A stretch of 43,412 bases of DNA from Paraglomus brasilianum (lineage: Eukaryota): assembly GCA_910592345.1 (NCBI GenBank), contig CAJVPI010000198.1:1-43412 (forward strand), written 5' to 3'. Of this stretch, positions 37,319 to 43,412 are shown piece by piece. The position numbers and the translations under genes were made by a program. The number at the start of each line of letters is the position of its first letter. Within the stretch, counting starts at the first letter, position 1. The notes under the pieces were generated by a model. The model saw only the letters and a program-made list of their open reading frames with translations, did not search any database and had not been told where the DNA came from.

Positions 37319-38685
37319 ATGGAAATGTCGGACTTAACTGAGTGCATACGTGACAAGCTAAACCGTGAGCTATTACTCACTTCGTGCTGCTTTCTATGCA
37401 AAATTCGTTCTTCCCATTGCCCCCTTCATTTCAGGTTTCCCTTTGAATTACCAACCTCTCCATATTCCCTATTTCTCTCCACATAATTAGAACTCCGTCG
37501 AGAGAAGCAAAAACGTTACGAGCAAATATGCCAACAGCTAGACCAGGAAATTCACCAAAAAACTGCTCATTCTCGTGAATTGTTTCTCAAATTCGAACAG
37601 GCAGTTTCCCACTATCAAAAAGAGTCTGAAGCACCATTTGATTTTGATTATGATGATTCGCAAAAAGATGACGTGAGCGAGGAGGAGGAGGAGGAAGTAG
37701 AAACCGACGATGAGAATCATGGAAGAAATGGTTATGGGGAAGGAGGAGCATATAGGAGGAGAAGGGATGAAGGAGGGGATGAAAGCGGAGGACTAGAGAG
37801 CATAGTTAGTATTGGAAATCTAGTTAATAGGGAAACTCCTATGGCGATGGAAGCTGAGGAGGATATGGATGGAGGAAAGAGATGCGAAAGGACCGGAGAG
37901 AGAATGGCTGACCGAATGAACGATAGGATGAACGATCGTATGAGACATAACGATCGCATGGCTGAAAGAGCGAATGAAAGATCAAGGGCAAGCGATAGAC
38001 TGGCCGGACAACAAATCCCCTCCTTGGCCGACAGAACTACCGATAGATTGGGCAATAACAACAGGAAACCCGAAGCAAAGTCTTCTCGAGAGAGTAGAAT
38101 CCGTACCGCACATGATAAATGTATGGAATTGAAGAGTCAGAGCGAACTTGTAGAAGAGTCTTTGCGTAAAGGGAGGGCTAGGCTACTGTTTGCACGTGAA
38201 GGTAAACCGTATGATGACCGGCATTGTGTGGATTGCTCACTTGTCCTTTAAAAATTGCGACATTTTTAACTCCCCGATTTTTTCCTTCCCGATTTTTCCT
38301 TATATTTGAATTGATTCATATAGACTATCAACGCTCGCTCCATGCCTTTGACGATTTGGAAAACGAATTGACTTCAATCTCTCAAACGTTTGAAGAGACG
38401 CAAAAGCGTGCATTGGAACAGTTCTTTGCTGGTCTCCATGACAAGGATGTAGATGTTTATGAAATGCATCGCAAATTCCAAGAATCGGCTACCCAGGAAG
38501 CTTTGGAAAGGCGAGGAAGGAAAAGAAAAGAAATAGAAGAGTTGCAGGCGCAAGTGAGAGGGCAAAAGAGGATCAAGAATGCGGCGTTGCTAACGACTGT
38601 GGTTGCTTTGGCTCCGTGGGTTGGTGCAGTGGCTTTAGGATTATGGGAGAAGTTTTTGATATTGCAAGGACAGTTGGGCGAGTGA
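37319..38685 (+). CDS. 372-aa coiled-coil protein with acidic tract, basic clusters and C-terminal hydrophobic segment
   Basis: Exons 37319-37364, 37491-38201 and 38324-38685 (introns GTGAGC..TTAG and GTAAAC..ATAG, both phase 1) join into one open frame: MEMSDLTECIRDKLNQLRREKQKRYEQ..ARE/DYQRSLH..RRGRKRKE..KRIKNAALLTTVVALAPWVGAVALGLWEKF. Confidence 0.82.
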
Positions 38686-40235
38686 GAGAGAGAGAGAGGG
38701 AGAAAAGGTAAAAGGAATCAATGATGGATGAAATTTATTTCTTTGCTTGTAGATGCTATTCGAGTTGCTTGTGAGTTTGTGCAAATCTGTTGATTAGTCA
38801 TATTTTATTGTTCAATGGTTGATATGTGAATGAGAATTTGCAGATGATTGTAACACTGCAATTCGGCTGTACATAAGGTCAAATTTATTTCATAGTTATC
38901 AGGCAGTTAATATACGAATAATAAAGGTAATGAACAACATGGACAATAATAAATGATTAATCACAGATTATTTATTAACAAGAACGACATTTTCTAATGC
39001 TAAATATCAGGAACATTATCTGGTAGATAGTAGCATGTCGACGGTGGTGTGCTTGAGAATAACATGTTGCATGTTAGGGTTCGTGTTGGTACTACTGAAA
39101 CGACTTGCGTCTGTTTGTGACAGGCAGTTCCGGGTCACTAAGACTTGATTTCTACTAATGTGTCAGAGCTGTGAGGTTCCAAACGCTCACGCGATAGAGA
39201 GCCCGACGTATACATCATGCCAGCGTTAAAAAAAAGCCAAATGTTATTCTCTTGACAGCTGCACCACTGGAGGAGTATTTAGGCTATTTCTATCTGGGAC
39301 GTTTTGCTGTAAACTAACTATACAACAAGCTGATGTGAGTTAGAGCTAAATTATTTTTAAAAAAAGCTTATTAATAAAATGTGTTGAACAAATGAGAAAA
39401 TTCTTCTATTAACCATTACATATCACAACGATTTTAACATCTCCGGAAGTCGCTATCTTGGGCGATTGACACACAAATTAAGGGATGTTCACAACATCGC
39501 ATAGTGACAGAAAGTGTTCATAGAAGAGACAACAAATAACCTATGATTCAAGCTTGGTTCACACAAATAGAACTGCAATGGATACGTACAGTAATTACCA
39601 AGTTAGTACAATGCCTTTGAAACATCGACGTAAATAACGGTCAACACATCATCACGGTTCACAACGATTGAGCCTGGCCTGGCTTGAAATGCAATATATC
39701 TGCACTGTCTTTCTTCTTTATTATCAAATTGATATCAATATGCGAACTTTGAAAAATTAGCAATTAAACGTGTGGAGCAGACATTGCGTATACCTTTAAT
39801 CATATTTTTCGTCCCATATTAGTCAGTGCGCGGAGCCTATATAAGTTATGGGACACGTTGTGAAGGTAGGAACTTTATTCATAACTGTTACTTTTGTTAT
39901 TCGGAATTATCCTTGTTCACCAGTTGGCCATTAAAAAGCCGGCTGATGCTCATTCTCACTCGAGTCACCAACGCGTAAGAGATTATACTGCGCTAATTAC
40001 TTTATTTCGTGTATCTGTGCAGTCAGGGTTTTAACAGCAGTACATTATATTAGCAATGTTAAATGTGAATATTGGATAACATGAATGACAACGTCAATAG
40101 GCGTTAGTAATTTGTAATTCAAATAAAATACTAATAGTAAGACTTAATCTCTCATCTAAAAGCGGCCTCATTTATTAGGAACGATTATTCGCCCAGTCCT
40201 TTTTTACTATACTCTTCGATTAAGAATTAATATTA

Positions 40236-40412
40236 CACAGTGAAATTCACTTTAACGAAGACATTCGTTCCACGATTTTTTGCTTCGTTAACCTGAAAGT
40301 TCGCTTAAGTGAACTGTCTTTTTATATGAAATATATGAATCTATTCTGGAAAGAACTTCGTTATAAAGCGATCTTCTTAAAGTGAGACTTAATTAAAGTG
40401 AATTTCACTGTG
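40236..40412. mobile_element. 177-bp MITE (pogo/Tc1-mariner-type) with TA flanks
   Basis: Perfect inverted repeat TACACAGTGAAATTCACTTTAA (40234-40255) / TTAAAGTGAATTTCACTGTGTA (40393-40414). Internal sub-repeats TTCGCTTAAGTGA, TTCGTTATAAAGCGA and TTCTTAAAAGTGA. Confidence 0.85.
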
Positions 40413-40853
40413 TAGTTGTCGCTTTAATATATAAGGGCGATACGACTATTACATGGTTGCCCCTTTGCCGTTGTTATTCTCTAGGTCGAGTTAAAATCGT
40501 GCACGTTTGTTATTAGCTGTCTTTGCGGGGTAAATCATTTGAATATGTAAGAAATACAGAATACATATTTATTAAAGAGTAAATATTGAGAACCAGTTAT
40601 CTAACTTTATGAAATTAGTAATGAGTTTTGGTGCTAATCGTTCTTGAATAAAATGTGTCAATTTCAGCACCCTGATATTGTTTTCATACCCAAACTATAC
40701 AGTTGGCAAGACCTTCGTGCTCCAAAATTTCAACGATATAGCGTGTTAATATAATAATAATAATAATAATAACTTAATCGAATTATAAAAAGTCTTAAAA
40801 TTAAGCACACTCTCCGTGCCCACATGTCCGCTAGCCGCGAAAAATCGACAAGT

Positions 40854-40858
40854 AAAAA
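40854..40858 (-). terminator. Pol III oligo-T terminator of the 5S gene
   Basis: TTTTT on the minus strand at the 3' end of the 5S sequence. Confidence 0.8.
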
Positions 40859-40975
40859 GCTACGGCACCTGGTATTCCCACGTTGTCCCCAACCGTAGTA
40901 CTGACCAGGCCACCAGTGGCTTAACTGCGGAGATCGGACGGGTTCCGGTGCTTTTCACTGTGTATGGCCGTAGCT
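40857..40975 (-). rRNA. RDN5: 5S ribosomal RNA
   Basis: 119-nt AGCTACGGCCATAC..CCCGTCCGATCTCCGCAGTTAAGC..CAGTACTACGGTTGGGGACAACGTGGGAATACCAGGTGCCGTAGCT(T). The ends pair as stem I, and box A/C-like motifs are present. Confidence 0.96.
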
Positions 40976-41420
40976 GATTTACATTGTAAAACCGAATCTT
41001 TTATGCTTGACATAACGGTCATCGAGCGTCAGATAACGATATCATTATTGCACGCACTTCCCCCAACAATAGAAAAACCCGATGTAGGAATCATTACATC
41101 ATGTGATAGCTGATTTGAAAAGTATAAACTATGAATTCATGTCTCGAATGTTACATATATCGGGTATATAACAATAACGTCAAAGCTCGTGTTATCCGTA
41201 GTGTTTGAGATTTGTCCATTCATTCCTGACAAATAGTTATAAAAACCTGTTCTCCAAGGAAATGTACCCAACTTACAAGCGTGATATTTTCATTCGCAAT
41301 AAAGCTTTCTGGGCCAGGACAGTTGAAACGAGTTTTGTGTTTTATGCCGAACTCGGCCCAACTTTCTAATAATACTCTGACATATTAGAGAGGATATATT
41401 TTAACGGATAGCGACTCCGC

Positions 41421-41815
41421 CAATGGAGAATTCATGTGCATGAAAAGATAATAGAATTGGTGTTAATTTTGTCTCGTAATTGAACCATTACATCGCAATG
41501 GAAGCAATGGAAGCATTATATCGCAATGGGGACATTATACACCTATCGGCAGTAGAAACGCTGGCTGTGCAATGGCAAATGGCAATTCAGTCGTCGATCT
41601 CAACCCAACAAACTATTTTCTATTGTGAATGACACTCGAGCGTTTACAATGGCATCGGCAAGCAACCAATCATATTAGCTAATTATCCGACAAACAATAC
41701 TCAGTTGCTGCGGTCATATTGCTCTTAACATACTTATGCGATAACGGCACCCGATGTTGCATAAATTACCAAAATAGGTTAGTAATATATCAATGGTCTT
41801 TAATGATTATATAAA
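41421..41815 (+). promoter_or_regulatory. HMG-gene promoter: seven CAATGG motifs and a TATA box
   Basis: CAATGG at 41421, 41496, 41505, 41524, 41570, 41647 and 41791; TATATAAA at 41808-41815, ~105 bp before the ATG. Confidence 0.5.
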
Positions 41816-41919
41816 GCGTATGATGAAAGTCAACGTCGATTAAAAAACCCGTATTATTAAGCGAACTCTGTAAACAACAAACATCATTAACATTAACATT
41901 AACATTAACATACAACAAC

Positions 41920-42459
41920 ATGTACAAAACATTTTCCGCTGATTTGGAAAGGAAGTTCGACGAGGCCTACCGCAAGGCCAATCTCGCTTGCAGCAAGGCC
42001 GAGCTGCTTGCACGTAACAACAGACCGAACAAGCATGGTTCTCTGAGGAGGCCCAAGAATGCGTTTTTTATCTATGCCAAAGAGTATAGAAAACGCATCG
42101 AGGTTGGGTTATACAACTCAACCACGACTCAGTCGCGAGAAATTGTCCGAAATGCTGGGCAGGCCTGGAGAAGATTGAGCGAAGATGAAAAGCTCGTCTA
42201 CCGTCTGGCGGCTAACGTGGTGGAAAAGAAATTTTACGAGGACAATCCGGGCTATGTTTATAGGCCAAAAAAGAGCGATCAGTCGCTCAAAATAATAGCC
42301 TACCAACCCACCACGGAGGCGGATGTGCCTCAAGACCAAGGGGAGTTTGCCGAGGTCTTTGAAAGTCTTTTGGATCTAGACATTAGAAACATTAGCGACC
42401 CGGCAGACGCGATATATTCCATGACCGTTTGGAATGGTTTTTCGTGGAATGGGCCATAA
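41920..42459 (+). CDS. MATA/SOX-type HMG-box transcription factor (179 aa)
   Basis: RRPKNAFFIYAKEYRK..SREIVRNAGQAWRRLSEDEKLVYRLAA..KKFYEDNPGYVYRPKK is a canonical sequence-specific HMG box. Intronless, with A-rich ATG context (ACAACATG). Confidence 0.93.
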   Translation: MYKTFSADLERKFDEAYRKANLACSKAELLARNNRPNKHGSLRRPKNAFFIYAKEYRKRIEVGLYNSTTTQSREIVRNAGQAWRRLSEDEKLVYRLAANVVEKKFYEDNPGYVYRPKKSDQSLKIIAYQPTTEADVPQDQGEFAEVFESLLDLDIRNISDPADAIYSMTVWNGFSWNGP

Positions 42460-43412
42460 ATTATTGTGTAGAATTTGCTTGTATCATCTAATGCTAATAA
42501 AATCAACTGCAATTTGGTGATTTGTCGTTGCTGAAAATGTTACTGTCCACTTACAAAAAACTGTTCCATTTTTGTTGTATGCTCTTTGAACTCTCAGACC
42601 GCTCATACTGCTTAATATACTTGAAAATGTTTGGTTTTGATTATGGTAAATTTGCAGCATGCTGATATTCGGTAAAATATAGCTGCGATATCTTTCAACA
42701 ATAGTCGAGCACGAAGAGAAACTCTTTAACCCATCACCATGTTACAATACAACTATCTTTACGGTAGAATACAGTTATATAAGCAATGCAGTTCAAAGAG
42801 GTTTTACGCATTTCCTTGAAATCAAACGACAAATACTACGTTATGGATAATCAAATTATTAGTAATGCAACGATATATTTGCGAGGCAATCATTCGCCGA
42901 CAATCATTTCACCGACAAATATTTACCAACATTATTTCGAATTTATCCTTTTTAGTAGTTAATTGTCGGTGAAATGTATGATTGTCGGCGAAATAATACG
43001 GACCCATTTGCAATGTTTGAAAACATGCAAACTTGCTCTCGACTTTTGGATGTGCAAATAATAACAGTTGTCGCTGTTCTGAAACCAAAACCTTGCAGTA
43101 ATAAGGTTTTACAGCGTGGGTGTATGAATCTTTTTTATTAGCAACTACATATAATTTTATGGTCATTCATCGAACGGTTTGTGGTTAACAATAATTAAAT
43201 CAATCCTTTGTTCAGACAAATATTCTCCTTCAGAAAGTGAGTAGTATTCATACTTCGTATGCAAGTCATATTATACTCGCTTGCTCTGTCCTATATTGTC
43301 TAACCATTGGCTCTTCGTATGGCAGCTTAGTTTAGTATTACAGTAACGTGCAAAAGTATCCTACCGGTTGTATCATCTAAACGTACATAATAATAACTCC
43401 TTAAATTTTCCA

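Noticed and set aside
41920..42459. HMG gene as a mating-type (sexM/sexP) locus
   Set aside because: No triose-phosphate transporter, RNA helicase or homeodomain neighbours are visible, and this HMG family is often multi-copy. The right flank is truncated, so it is not fully excluded.
42909..43166. 85-aa minus-strand ORF
   Set aside because: No recognisable domain or splice support.

Overview
AT-rich, gene-sparse eukaryotic DNA with short GT-AG introns. The gene mix (MATA-type HMG box, F-box/LRR, dispersed 5S rRNA, many decayed repeats) suggests a Mucoromycota/Glomeromycotina-like fungus, which is an inference. Six protein genes look intact: (1) a mitochondrially targeted orphan (5029-5553 +); (2) a ~1476-aa TFIIB-core paralog with a ~1180-aa Q/P/S-rich disordered N-terminus and no zinc ribbon (16468-20988 -, 2 exons); (3) a membrane-anchor + acidic-repeat + CBM48/AMPK-beta-type glycogen-binding protein (29140-31405 -, 3-4 exons); (4) an F-box/LRR protein (34875-35942 -); (5) a coiled-coil protein with a C-terminal hydrophobic tail (37319-38685 +, 3 exons); (6) an HMG-box factor (41920-42459 +) whose promoter has seven co-oriented CAATGG motifs. 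There is also a solitary 5S rRNA gene (40857-40975 -), a 1.2-kb Tc1/mariner element with TIRs and TA duplication, MITE-like hairpins, an LRR pseudogene with an inverted paralogous fragment, and a decayed integrase-tail/nuclease fusion relic resembling Polinton-like elements. Family assignments are by eye from motifs; no searches were run.
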